NCBI GenBank assembly: GCA_002633005.1
Contig: NMRA01000054.1
Span: forward strand, 500,952 to 564,951
DNA from: Phoronis australis
Taxonomy: Eukaryota > Animalia > Phoronida
Direction of reading: 5' to 3'
Length of the DNA: 64,000 bases
A program made the position numbers and the translations under genes. The notes beneath the pieces were generated by a model. That model saw only the letters and a program-made list of their open reading frames with translations. It did no database searches and had not been told where the DNA came from. Below, one piece after another: positions 38,627-50,815 of the stretch (positions are counted from its first letter, which is position 1; the number at the start of each line of letters is the position of its first letter).

Positions 38627-38728
38627 TATATCGTATTCACAATGGGAGCAGCACTCGCCAAGCTTCTGAATGGGTGCATCACAGTTGGTGGTCTCTGGAC
38701 ACTGTCTCTGGCAGTCTATTTGACCATC
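38627..38728 (-). CDS. NELL: NELL-like VWC exon
   Basis: DGQIDCQRQCPETTNCDAPIQKLGECCSHCEYDI; ttcag acceptor, gtaagt donor, phase 0-0. Confidence 0.88.
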
Positions 38729-39273
38729 CTGAATAAAGAAAGCTGGTGTATTAGTAGTCACAACCCAGAATCACAAACAATAGTTCAGAGCCAATACCAA
38801 CAAGAAGAAGAAATTATGGTGGCGATGGCAAACATTGATCTTTTACTAGACGGGCACTAAAACGAAATTACCAGCCACTTCAGGCCATAAACGCATGAAT
38901 TACATTGCATGTGAAGACCCGACAAGCAGCTTGAGATATACTGAAAAGCAAAACTGAACAGAAAGGAGACAAACAGGTGCATAAAAATTGAAACTCACCG
39001 TGACATACTGCATAATTTTATCGTCAAAATGGACAACGATTAATGAAATGACCATGAGAGTGTAAACTGCACAAACCATGTGTTACACATGCACTTAAAA
39101 CATATGAAGAAGTGAAAAGACAAAAACGAACAAGTATATAGCCAAGAAATACAAAGTATACATTTCAATCTGGTGCAAATCATTTTCAGTCCAAAACATT
39201 AGTTTTTTAACTTTGCACAGCTCGTCTATTTTTCAATCTTTATTATTTTTGTAAATGATACAAGAATATGTAC

Positions 39274-39444
39274 CAAACATTCACAGACGAAACACTTGTA
39301 GTTCCACATATCTCCCGTGTTGAATACAACCTGGTCCAAGTCCTGGTGAAGGCACTGGCGATGGATGCCACACTCTGGACAACACGACGTGTTGAAGTCT
39401 CCCGTACAGTCACATGTGACTTTTGTACAGTTGGTATGACCAGC
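39274..39444 (-). CDS. NELL: NELL-like VWC exon
   Basis: AGHTNCTKVTCDCTGDFNTSCCPECGIHRQCLHQDLDQVVFNTGDMWNYKCFVCECL resembles NELL CDC..CCPEC..QCLHQ..GDxW. Confidence 0.9.
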
Positions 39445-40329
39445 CTGCAGTGGATAATTCAATGAATACAATGAATGCAATGCAACAGTTTTACATCAGT
39501 GCTTAAAGTTGCATTTCACCCTGTTAAATTGGGTGAAAAATCAAATTGGGCCTTTTACTCTCATAAGATCAGTCCCATAATATTTGTTAACACAACAGGT
39601 CTCTGCTTCCCTTACAAACTCGGAGATAAGACCACAGTTCAAGAGACTGACCTCATCGAAATCACATGCTGGTTCAAAAAAGCCCTTTGGTATGTTAAAC
39701 TGCTTTGTTCTGAGGACACACGGAGTTTCTTGTGAAAAAAGAAATTTGAATTCTGAATTTTCCTCCCAAAAATCAGGAATTCACTGCAACTACCCCAATC
39801 TCGTAGTGGAGACAAAATTCCAAATGCCCATGCCCACGACTTTTATATTCCAGAAATGTAGGCTAAAATTTTTTATTTTATTTTTATTTTATTATTGTGA
39901 TATTTAAAATGAGGGTGGCCTCTTCAGTGACAGCACTGCTTTCCAAGAGGGCCCTCAAAATATGTCAATGTAAACCAGATTTTTACCAATTTTCATTTTT
40001 GGGGGAGGTACACAGGCCCAAACCGTGACTTTAGATCTCGAATCACACAGGCAATGTGAACATGGGTCATTTTCAAACAAGCAGTTTTAGGGTTGGCCAA
40101 GCCCACTTAACTCTGAACCATTTTCATAAGTCGCTGATAGTTTCAATGCTCTTGTTGGTAACATAATTAGAATCCAATCACAGTAAGAAATATGAGACCA
40201 ATTTCATGAAAGTAAATGGCCTAATACGACTTTCAATTTTAGCCAGCTAAACACGGCAACTGGAATACAGCTTAAGTTTGTAGAATGGGGCTTGTCAAGC
40301 AATGTGTTGAAGACTACTTTAGTTAGACA

Positions 40330-40765
40330 GATCAAGTTTGAATCTAATACTGGAATTAAAACTTACAAAAATTAGCAATGTTGCGTTCACATCTCACAGA
40401 CTTCAGCTTGGCTAGTGACATAATAGTTATTCTGGCCAATTGGTGGCGTATTGACTAAACGGCGCGGCATTGACGTCAGTACACCATCCCATACGTGTGA
40501 CAAATCAAATCATAAACCGCCTCTTTTATTTGAAGAGGGACTCTCAATGCGCTCATGAAAAAAAGAGGCAGTTAAATACGATTCGATTTGTCACACGTAT
40601 GGGATGGTGTACTGACGTCAATGCCACGCCCGGTGTTTAGCCAAAACGCCACCAATTGGCCAAAATAACGATTACGTCACAAGCAAAGCTGAACTCCGTG
40701 AGATGCAGACGCAACGTCGCTAATTTTTGTAAGTTTTAATTCCAGTTTAAGACTCAAACTTGATC
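40330..40765. repeat. long palindrome (~200 bp arms, ~35 bp spacer)
   Basis: ggcattgacgtcagtacaccatcccatacgtgtgacaaatc exactly inverted at ~40585-40625; arms extend to gatcaagtttga / tcaaacttgatc. Confidence 0.85.
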
Positions 40766-40854
40766 AGTTTTCTCAACTGGATGTCTCAAAATTTTCATGC
40801 TTTCACTACTTTAGTTAGTCACAATTTGTTACTTCTGTCTAGTAGTATAGTGCG

Positions 40855-40968
40855 ACCACCCCACATTGGAGAATACACAATATAATGGCTTCATACAGAT
40901 TACTTTACAGTCATATGTGACTTTTGTACATTTGATGTGACCTGAGCTACAGCAAATTCAACGAAATA
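40855..40968 (-). pseudogene. decayed duplicate of NELL exon 39274-39444
   Basis: SGHIKCTKVTYDCK vs AGHTNCTKVTCDCT; flanking intron also similar (aattcaacgaaata vs aattcaatgaata); acceptor shifted by 1 nt, Cys lost, downstream stop. Confidence 0.65.
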
Positions 40969-41384
40969 GCTTTAATTTGCGGATATGTTCTGAAAATACA
41001 CAAGTCACATGGCATGAAATGATGTTCAAATCTCCACGACAGTTGTACATGTCTTTTTTACACTAAGCATGACTGCTCTGCAATGAAAAGTTTGAAATAC
41101 AAAGACAAATACAAATACAATACAACTGCCAGAATGGCTAACAGTACAGTGGCAGATCTAGGATATCATAAGGAGGGGGGGCTCGACATTTTGTCTTGGG
41201 GAATCACGCAAAGCATGATTGGTGTGTGTGGGCCAAGCTTTCAATGGAAGGGTGGTCTAGAATTTCTGGGATGTGGGGTGACTAAAAAACAGGAAACCGA
41301 TTGCGCTGATGGTCTCACAAAAGGCTCTGAGCCTCCCACACACGCAATCTAAAACTGCCCACATTGTTAAATCTCCCATGCATA

Positions 41385-41547
41385 TACCGTAATCGTTCGG
41401 GTTAACGCCCATGCTCAGTTAACCGCCCATCCCCGACTTTAAGTGGATTTTCGATTTAACCGCCCACTGCTCGGTTAACCGCCCTCCCCCGATTTTTTGG
41501 ATTCGCCAATTTAACCGACCAGGGCGTTAACCCGAACGATTACGGTA
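41385..41547 (-). mobile_element. Tc1/mariner(pogo)-like MITE, TA TSD
   Basis: TA|CCGTAATCGTTCGGGTTAACGCCC ... GGGCGTTAACCCGAACGATTACGG|TA perfect TIRs. Confidence 0.85.
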
Positions 41548-41624
41548 TACTGGGAGTTAGTTCATAAAATCAATATTTCCTCACGCTCGTACTTATTTTT
41601 TCCCGTAGCCAAGGTAGGGGAGAG

Positions 41625-42218
41625 GGGGACCAGGCCCCCTGCCCCCCCCCTAAATCCGCATATGCGATACACATCAAATAAGTTTGACCGAAACATGCTT
41701 CATGTGCCCCTTGCAGTTACAAGTGGTTACAGTTGAATGACTGTGATAATGTTTTAAAAAATATATCATGTTAAGGGAAAAGAAGATACAAAAGAGCAAG
41801 TAAAATACCTGGCAGTGGCAAAGTAAACATGGGTTGTCAGAATCAAGCCATTCTGCTCCATCTTGATATTCCCCCGATTTGTGAGTACAGTCTAAAAACA
41901 AAGTCTTTAACAATTAGTGCCNGGGGACCAGGCCCCCTGCCCCCCCCTAAATCCGCATATGCGATACACATCAAATAAGTTTGACCGAAACATGCTTCAT
42001 GTGCCCCTTGCAGTTACAAGTGGTTACAGTTGAATGACTGTGATAATGTTTTAAAAAATATATCATGTTAAGGGAAAAGAAGATACAAAAGAGCAAGTAA
42101 AATACCTGGCAGTGGCAAAGTAAACATGGGTTGTCAGAATCAAGCCATTCTGCTCCATCTTGATATTCCCCCGATTTGTGAGTACAGTCTAAAAACAAAG
42201 TCTTTAACAATTAGTGCC
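41625..42218. repeat. ~297 bp duplication around a single N at 41922 (assembly overlap), duplicating one NELL exon
   Basis: copies identical apart from a C-homopolymer length. Confidence 0.85.
42106..42188 (-). CDS. NELL: NELL-like exon, start of C-terminal VWC
   Basis: CTHKSGEYQDGAEWLDSDNPCLLCHCQ; phase 1->0; an identical second copy at 41809-41891 is probably an artefact. Confidence 0.85.
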
Positions 42219-42406
42219 CTTATATCATAATAGATTATAGTTTATATCATGCACTGCTTTTGCACGTAATTTTTTACACTTTTTACTTTCCTCTTTATCT
42301 TATGAACCTGCCTGTACATAAAGTTTCTCTTATCCATTTTATATTTCTTTAATGCAGTATCTTTTAATTTTACTCAGAAAAATATGCTTTGAAAATAATG
42401 ACTTAC

Positions 42407-42517
42407 TCATTGAGCATGCCTGGTCTCCCTCACAGACACACCTGTAACTGCCAGGTGAGTTCAAACACACCTGACTTGAGTGACAAGTGTGGGTCTTAAG
42501 TGAACACTCATCTATAT
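42407..42517 (-). CDS. NELL: NELL-like exon, EGF6
   Basis: DIDECSLKTHTCHSSQVCLNSPGSYRCVCEGDQACSM; gcag acceptor, gtaagt donor. Confidence 0.9.
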
Positions 42518-43164
42518 CTGCAACCCACATGGAATACTACATTAGAAGTGACCACATTGTATTTTCTCAGTCATCTTGTATGGTAAAAATTCTTCAATTT
42601 GGGACAGTGAAGAATTAATTATTTGCTCAAGGTCGGAGCTACAATGTGCCAAATTCTAGAAATAGACAATATTGGACTTGCCAAATTCAAGAAGCACCGT
42701 AAAGATGGCAAAATTACCAGAATCAAGAAAATTCTTGAGTGAGTTTCAGCGTCCCAAATTCTAGAGATCCCAAATTGGTGAGCGAGAGTAACCATATCAG
42801 CTGTGTTTAGCCAAATATCTGCTAAACTCTTCACATTTTTAAATTATATCAGTTAGCAGAACCAAATCACAGAAAAATCTACCGTTAGGGCACACTGACA
42901 TGGAAAGGACAGCAACACTCGCAACAAAACATTGGTGTCAACAACATAAATGTTTATCTTAAAGACAAAATCTCAAAAATGTTGCCAGTATCTCTTAAAT
43001 TTACATATTTGTTAAAAATCTAACAAAATGAAATTCAACTTCTGCTTTGAAAAGAAGAATTTTTACCATAACCCAGATTTGAGTTCATGTAAGTGCTGAT
43101 CCCTGAACCCACACTGTCCCCCTTAGTTTATGTTTTTTTAAAAATGCTTTGGGCATTGAACAAT

Positions 43165-45424
43165 TACCGTATTCTCCCTGATAACCGCCCATGTCCCTAT
43201 AAGCACCCCCAGGCGTTTTCAGACTTTGCTAAAATAAGCGCTCAGTCCATGAACGATGTGTACATGCGAAAAATGCCTTACCTACATCTCAAAATTCTAC
43301 AGTAACATCTTCAATTTATCAATAAGATCTGACAGTCCTGAAAAATAATCACTGTGCGTAGAATTTGTAGACCACGAGCGTCGCCACTATGTCAGTATTT
43401 AGCTGTGACTATGCAATTCAAATTTCCGCCATTGTCAGAATATAGTCTGACAGTATTTTTAGTTGCATTGTTTTGTTTTGTTATTCTGTTTGATTGGCAT
43501 GACCCCTGAGTTAAGTACAGTGATGATGTAATTTGTTTACTACAAAATAGTGTGTAACTTTCTAGAATGAGACTGAGGTCAGAATAGTGATGATGTAATT
43601 TGTTTACTGCAGTATAGTGTGGAACTTTCTAGAAGACTCTAGCATGACAGTGATTAATGCAGTCTGGAATATTCTAGAGACTAGTACATGTTTGTAGAAT
43701 GATTGGGTAGGTTCCAGAAAGTTCTGGTATGTGCTTGAATTGATGAAAAGTTCTAGAACAATGCATTAGGCTATAAATACAAAGGCACGGGTTTGTGTTA
43801 GTCACTTGAGTCCAAGAAGATTAAGTCAGTTGAGTCCGCCAAGAAGATCAAGTCGGGAGATCAAGTAAGTTCAAGTAAGTCAATCAGGAGAACTACAGTT
43901 GAGTTGCAGTGAAGAGAATCAGCAGTTACAGCGATAGTCAATAGAGAGCCAGCTATAGAGACAACAGGTTCTGAACCAACGAGTGTAACAGTTGCTGAAC
44001 GTTTCTCAGAAGTTCATCACAAGTCAAGGCTTCGCAGCACTGGCTGGAGCATAACCAGACATTATGTCGGACGTTTTGTTTGAGTAGGCTTGTGAACGTA
44101 CGGTCGGGATTAATAAAGGATTAACTCGAACCAGTCTTCAGTCAATCTTCGCACCGAAAACTATTAGCACCGGTCTGTAACAACCTGCACCCACCCACAC
44201 ACGGGGAAAAACGTGACAGCCATACTTCACAAACAATGCTATAGTTTTGCGGATCGTGCGAGCAACGTGACCCCTATTTTCTGGCCTTTCAGAATAGACG
44301 CAGCGTACTAGTCAACGGCATTGTAAAGTATCTTTGTCATACAGGTCTTATTTCTCAATAGGAATCCAACTTTATTTGTACACGAACACTAATAAAAAAG
44401 TTTACCGCTGGTGATGAAGTACGCGCTACATACATGTACTTGTCATCAGAATTAGTCTTCGGGAACTATCCATTAATGAAATGGGTAGCAAAGTATCATC
44501 AAGAAATAAATACTGGCACTAATTTCTGAAAGTTTCCAAAACCCTAAAACACTTTTTTTATTTTTAAGAGGAATTATTTAATTAATCCAAATTGCTGTTT
44601 TTAAAGTCAAAATGATCCACTGATAGTGAACACTTTCGCACCCTGAATCTCCCGGAAAATAACTGATAGACTGTCATGCATCCACCTGGTGACCTTTAAG
44701 ATCGGCCTTACTGAAACAATTTTTGAACGGTGTTTTAGCAGATGAGTCCAGCAAGTGCTAAATAAAACAAGTTCTGCTTATTGCTTGAGTTAATGCCTTA
44801 AGTTACAATGCACACCTAGATCGTTACACTGCGTTCACTCTGGCAAATGAACTCTTGATGACATGCACATGCTCGCTGACTCATTAACACATGCAGACAA
44901 ACTTCAAAACAAGCATCAGGTGACAACAACATGTGTGTTTGTCGAGATTTTTCTCGTGTTGCGGGGTACGATTTCTCGCAGATTTGGACTTAATGTACTG
45001 TAACAGTTATTATCCCAACTCCACAGGAACTTAAAAATCATAGGGACGCTATTTTGAAAACTTTAGGATGGATTCAGGTAAGTTGTTGAGTCGAAACTGT
45101 ATTTTTGTTGAAGAATTCAAGTTGCCCTATCGACGATCACACGACAGTGTCTCATCAGTCGGTCAGTTTTCGCCCTGGGATTTCTGCACAATTTCCAAAA
45201 AAATGATCGTAATTTAACAAGGAAGTTTGATAGCAATGCACCACAGTTTTGTAAAAAGTCTGTCATATGTTACAGATACGTAACAGAGCAAAAATGTGAT
45301 GATAAATAGCTTATAATTTTACCCATTTCGGAAACCGGGTTTCAATTGTCTTGGGCTACAATAAGCGCCCCCCCAAAAGAAATTTTTCTAAACACCCTGG
45401 GTGGTTATTAGGGCGAATACAGTA
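43165..45424. mobile_element. non-autonomous Tc1/mariner(pogo)-like element, TA TSD
   Basis: TA|CCGTATTCTCCCTGATAACCGCCCA ... TGGGTGGTTATTAGGGCGAATACAG|TA. Confidence 0.7.
43433..44218 (+). mobile_element. solo LTR (786 bp)
   Basis: GCCAT|TGTCA ... TGACA|GCCAT 5-bp TSD; TATAAATA at ~43772, AATAAA at ~44112, internal ~67 bp tandem dimer. Confidence 0.85.
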
Positions 45425-45481
45425 CGTCAAATTTTTACAATTACAGAAAATATGTTCAGGAAATGAAATGCTTCACAATAC

Positions 45482-45622
45482 CTTTACAGTTTTGTCCAAA
45501 TAAATTGTCTGGAGTTGAGCTGCGATAACCGGGAAGGCACTCACACATGTAAGCCCCGAGCATATTTACACAACGAGACGTATGACTGCATGAAGATATG
45601 CCGAAGGCGCATTCGTTGAAGT
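45482..45622 (-). CDS. NELL: NELL-like exon, calcium-binding EGF5
   Basis: DFNECAFGISSCSHTSRCVNMLGAYMCECLPGY..GQNCK; phase 1-1. Confidence 0.9.
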
Positions 45623-46187
45623 CTGAGGACAATAACATTCACAAAGTTATAGAGTTACGAACTACTGCAAAATTATCTGTGTTGAAACATTTTATAGAGT
45701 GCCAGATTTTAGAAGACCAACTTCAATGTGACAAATAAGATAAAAAGAAAGTTTGGCTACGTATAAAACTGTCCCAGGGATGAAAAAAGCAAATTAAATT
45801 ATGATTGTTAAAATTAGTCATTAAATTTGAGAGACCAGAGACTGAATAAAAAACACTGAGCTAAAACAGATATGCTGTGTCCACACAATCAGTGGTTCCC
45901 AGAAATGTTCTCCTAAACATCTTATTGCTGGGACAGGTTTCGCTGGCACAACCTAATCAACTTTGGTATACCTGGCGGACCAACAGAATTTTAACATGGC
46001 ATGGCATTTCATCATAAAAATTAAATCACATTTTTGAAAAATCATAGAAAGAAATTTTAAAATCATCGTAGATTTTCATGTTCAATTTTCATAAAAAGAC
46101 AGGTCAAAATGAACCACGACAAAAATTCTAGATACAAGTACTATGAATTGAAGTGATATAAATAAAATTTTACGTATGGTTAAATAC

Positions 46188-46283
46188 CTAGTTCACATGA
46201 TTTGCCCATAAATCCATGAACACACTTGCAAATATTAGGCTTTGTACACACACCACCATGGAGGCAACCGTTCTCACATTGAG
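46188..46283 (-). CDS. NELL: NELL-like exon, EGF4 (not in the ORF track)
   Basis: [32 protein letters not shown] matches the short NELL EGF4 pattern CxxGCxNGGxCxxPNxCxCxxGFxGxxCE. Confidence 0.9.
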   Translation of the reverse strand, partial: LNVRTVASMVVCVQSLIFASVFMDLWANHVN

Positions 46284-46765
46284 CTGAAAATAAATTTAGA
46301 CGTAAGTCGTGTTTGCTAGAAATTCATTAGGAAGATTCTTCACTACTACACCTCTTTCTCACATTTTTATAGGAATTGATACATTTTTACCGCAGAGTCC
46401 TAGAAAAGTGGCATGTCACAACATCAAAAGTCGTAGCCCCCGATCCCTTATGTGCCCAAAGCTGATCTATTGTTAGAGTTAGCATGGCTTGATCAAGTGT
46501 CTCATATCCAAAAGCTTTAAACCTAAATAAGGCTGTTTTTCATACTGTTTGATTAAATAAACGTTTTAAAAAATTCAATATATCACCAGATGTACTTCAA
46601 CACCTCAAACAGCATTTACCAAAGAGGTAAAATCTCATTGTAATAGATAGTGAATTTTAATTATGGATAAAGGTCAAGAAATCAGTGTTGAAATTCCTTT
46701 TCAGCTAACACAAAGCAACTGGCCAGTAAGGATTGCATTTTCTGTACAAATATGTGTTTACATAC

Positions 46766-46900
46766 GTTGACAATCAAACCCATCGCCTTGGTAACCAGGA
46801 GTGCACTGACAGGTGTAGCTGCCTAGAGTATTGGTACAGGCAGCATTCTCATCACAGGCCTGAGTCAGACTCAGTGAGTTGTACCCACATTCATTTATAT
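46766..46900 (-). CDS. NELL: NELL-like exon, EGF3 (not in the ORF track)
   Basis: DINECGYNSLSLTQACDENAACTNTLGSYTCQCTPGYQGDGFDCQ; tttcag acceptor, gtatg donor, phase 1-1. Confidence 0.9.
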
Positions 46901-47586
46901 CTGAAATACAAGAAAAAACAACCCATGAAAAATGAACTAGCTCTGGGTAAATACTGCCTCACCCCAACACACAAACCAAGGAAGTCATGTGTCCGTTGAG
47001 GTCATATAGGATGTTACTGACAGGTCTTCGTATTGAACCAAATATCTACGAAACTACAGAACTTGACTCAATTTGATTTTTGACTTTTTACCAACCTGTT
47101 ACCAATTGATTCATGTGACCATGTCTTTAAGCAAAATTTAGAAAAAATAAGGTACGTCGATAACAAAATAATAGTATCAATAACAAGATCAATTATTTGA
47201 CATTTAATTGCTCCAAGTGAGATCTTAAACAGGCTTTTACAGTTTTCTAAAAGTTTATTTCGTATTCGTTTTATGCAACTTTGCAAATTTTCATGAAAAT
47301 TAGAAGTCATATTTTTGATAGTCCCTCACAGATGCATAAGTGGAACATTTCAGAGTTGAGCTCTTCAATTTATCACACAATATGGTGAGGAAGTTGAATT
47401 TTAATTTAGGAAATGAACAAAATACGTCTTAAAAAGATTTGACTAGAACAGCAGTGCTTTCCCCAATTTCATTTAGAAAACAATGGAATTCCTCTGAAAA
47501 ATACAAAAAATGTAATTTCAACAATTTCTATAACAAAATTGAAAAGAGCTCCAACCAGCCTTTTATTGTCAATTAATGTTACTTAC

Positions 47587-47724
47587 CAAGGCAGATGCCA
47601 ATCTCATTCATAGAGTATCCAGGCATGCAGTCACATCCGTATGAACCGACAGTGTTCACACAAACACTGTTTAAGTGGCATTTATGTTTGTGAACACCCT
47701 CACTGATTGCACATTCATTAATGT
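47587..47724 (-). CDS. NELL: NELL-like exon, calcium-binding EGF2
   Basis: DINECAISEGVHKHKCHLNSVCVNTVGSYGCDCMPGY..; ttttcag acceptor, gtaagt donor. Confidence 0.9.
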
Positions 47725-50289
47725 CTGAAAATGGATCAAAATGGAATTGACAGGGGTCAACGATGCGAGTATGTGACACTGGCGGATCTAGGTTGTATAA
47801 TGGGAAGGGGTCAATCCCTATTTTAGACAGAAAGTGTCTGCGCAAGTCCAAAATACAGCCCGCTGACTGCCTTTTTATTTTTGGTTGTGTCCATGGGGGA
47901 AGCGGACCCCGTAAGTCCACCCCAAATCCAAAGTTGTGTGTTTTTGTATTATACATGTTCAACTATTAAAAAAAGTTATAGAGTCGAAATTTGCAATAAA
48001 ACAAATGAGTTCAGACTGTGGTCTGTATATCAGACACACTCATGCTTGGGCTAGTGTTCATGGGTAGATGTATTCACACATAAAAGCTGCGGTGAATTTA
48101 AGGTATTGAAATTATATTAACCTGCATGAAAACTGGTTCTGATCAATAAAAATTGTAGAATTTCCAAGCAATCGTACTGATTTACAAATACTCAGCAGAA
48201 AAAATTCTGTCCGTTACTTGTATATGTTCCTAAAATGCGAACTCAGCTTTTTAAATAGAACTTTGATGGATGTAATGTTTGATTTCTAAATGGGCCCAGG
48301 AAGCACTCCACTGACAGTTACTCTTAATTCTTTGCTTATATAGCACACAACATGGCAGACATGAGTGGAATTTTATTTTGTTGAAATTCTCAACAAAAAT
48401 TAAGAGTAAAGAGTAATTAAGTCTACAATTTAAAGATGTATTTGCACGCTCCTAACTATGCTAATAAATAGTAGGAACTTAACGGCATTGCTATTTCACC
48501 ATAATCTATGCTAGGTGAAGTGCAGTTGTATTCACTGACAACTTGTAAATGTGAAAACAAAAATTCTGTAAATAGGGACCTTTGCACTCGTTGGGCACCC
48601 ATGGTGTATGGAATGAGTATCCCAACTGACTGATCAGCCAGTCTGGATACAGCCTTATCAGTTTGACAGTGGCAAACCAATGTTTACATAGTCCAGCTCT
48701 CTCATTGTCTGCTTTCATCTCCAATATTTAAAATGCAATTTGCAAATGACTTTCAACAAAAGTCATGAAGCAGATGTGTTTTGTATGAAATACTTTCACC
48801 AAAAATCTTCGAATGTGGAGAAAAACAGTTGACTTTCAGAGAAATTAGACTTAACTTTCACCTGTCGATTCCTTTGTGTGACAGTAAGCTCTGACCAGCT
48901 TAACCACAGTATTGTGTACCAACACAAAAGGCTTGTTTGACAAGATTAATGGAGCGTGGTTCTACTTTAGATCATGATAGTGAAAATTTCTTTCGATTTT
49001 TACACTCAGGAGAATGGTACCGCATGCTAATGATATACCTCGCAGGTTCACATAGCCCACATCATGCAGTGTTACGGTAAAGTCGCACGATTTTCGGACA
49101 CTGAAAGTTAATTCCAAATTTGGGTTTCCGCTAGTATCCGAATTTCGTGGGTGTACATTATTTCGATGAGTGGTCGTAGTATCAACATTGCTGGCTCGGT
49201 CATTTGATACCAGTGTAATTGCAGGTCAATGTGACTCAAATGGTCTGCGCAATTAATTTTTGAAAATCTGGCTTTCCCAATCAGAAATGTGCATTGTCGA
49301 CGCACAAAGACCGTTCCCGACAAGTACCTCAATATGAAATATTCGGCTTGCATTGCCGATGCTCAAAAACTGTTCTCGGCAAGTGACGGAATCTTTTCAA
49401 AAATGTGCTATCTCACTTTAAATATCGGGCTGCGTTGTGAAAAGAGTCTTGAATTCCCGGTGACAAATATGGGTTTTCCAATGTGGGGGTCTGGTTTGCG
49501 TTGTTGACGCACATGAAATGTTGTAGACAACCGATTTTCTTTTGTAAAAATGCATTTTCTCAATAAAAAAATGTCGAGTTTGCGCTGTCAATGCATGGTT
49601 TCCCAATAAAAAGCTGGACTTGCGTATTCGACGCACAAAGAGGGTTCCCGACCATCAAAACATGCGCTTTCTCAATTTTAACGAATTCCATTAAACGTAA
49701 CAGTAATGGATGTGGGAACGAGTTCAATGAAGAAAGAGATAAAAAATGACGAGAACATAGTATATAGTTATGTTTGTTAAACGTATCCATGCATTGTCTG
49801 CTGGTTACAAACCGAAACGCAAGTTAACTCTGACACGTTTATTTCCATATCAACAGAAAGCTCAGTTTCAACATGAAAACTTCGAAGGAACAATTACTCA
49901 AAATAGCTTACAAAGACAATGATAGTAAAATGAGTAGTTTCTCATCGACTCGTGATCCCCATTCGTCGTCCTGGATGGAACTTGATGAAGATTTGATATC
50001 ACAACCTACATAAATATGAACAATATACATTTTCAACACTTCTGCAACAAATTCACTGTCATCACTTTCATTAATCATCACAATTATTTATAATTGTCCA
50101 CATTGCTGTTCACTGTCAACTGTCACAGGGAACATACACCCAACAGTCCCCACAGTCACCAGCATGATTAAATGTAGTCAATATTTTCCATTACGTTGAA
50201 AATTTAAAGTTCTTTAACAACATAGAATACACTTATTATCCACTCCGTCATCATTTATATCATCATTATTGTCATCAAAAGTTGTTTTT

Positions 50290-50815
50290 TGACTGAGACA
50301 CGTGCTCAAAAAGTCTGGACAGTCACACAACATAGAACATGGCATGCCTGACTTCAAACAAGAGCACATTTTTTTACTACAACCACTTCTTTTACTCGTG
50401 CCATTAACATTTTTCATGACATTTTCTGGGGCTAAAGGCAGAGTCATCCACAAGCCACCCATTACCAACTGGAGATGGTGCACCAACATACTGTTGCAAG
50501 ACTCGTTTGTGAATGGCACACGGGTAGTTTGCTCTTTTAGCATGTAACAACAAACAATCATGATGAGGAGGCAGATCACCGATTTCAACCTGAATATGTG
50601 GTAGTGTGTTTTGTTAACTGTTGATGACTTGCCGTACAGCTTGCATACAAATGGCTCTTATGTCTTCCATGAGTTAACCAGGAAACACAAATTTTGACCC
50701 CAACTTTAATGGCAAAGAAAAAGTTAAAAAGAAATCTTTGCAAGCCTGCATCCTACCCAAAATAAAAAAGTTTTGACAACCTGAATACCGTTTCATCTAA
50801 ACACCTTGTTACAGT
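50290..50815 (-). pseudogene. frameshifted transposon ORF C-terminus with Cys-rich CXC domain (Academ-like)
   Basis: across frameshifts: EPFVCKLYGKSSTVN / LPPHHDCLLLHAKRANY..APSPVGNGW / WMTLPLAPENV..GCSKKMCSCLKSGMPCSMLCDC. Confidence 0.65.

Noticed and set aside
41674-42210. Two identical 79-aa ORFs suggesting a duplicated NELL exon
   Set aside because: Copies are identical including intron, abut a single N, and including both 83-nt exons would shift the frame; most likely a contig-overlap artefact
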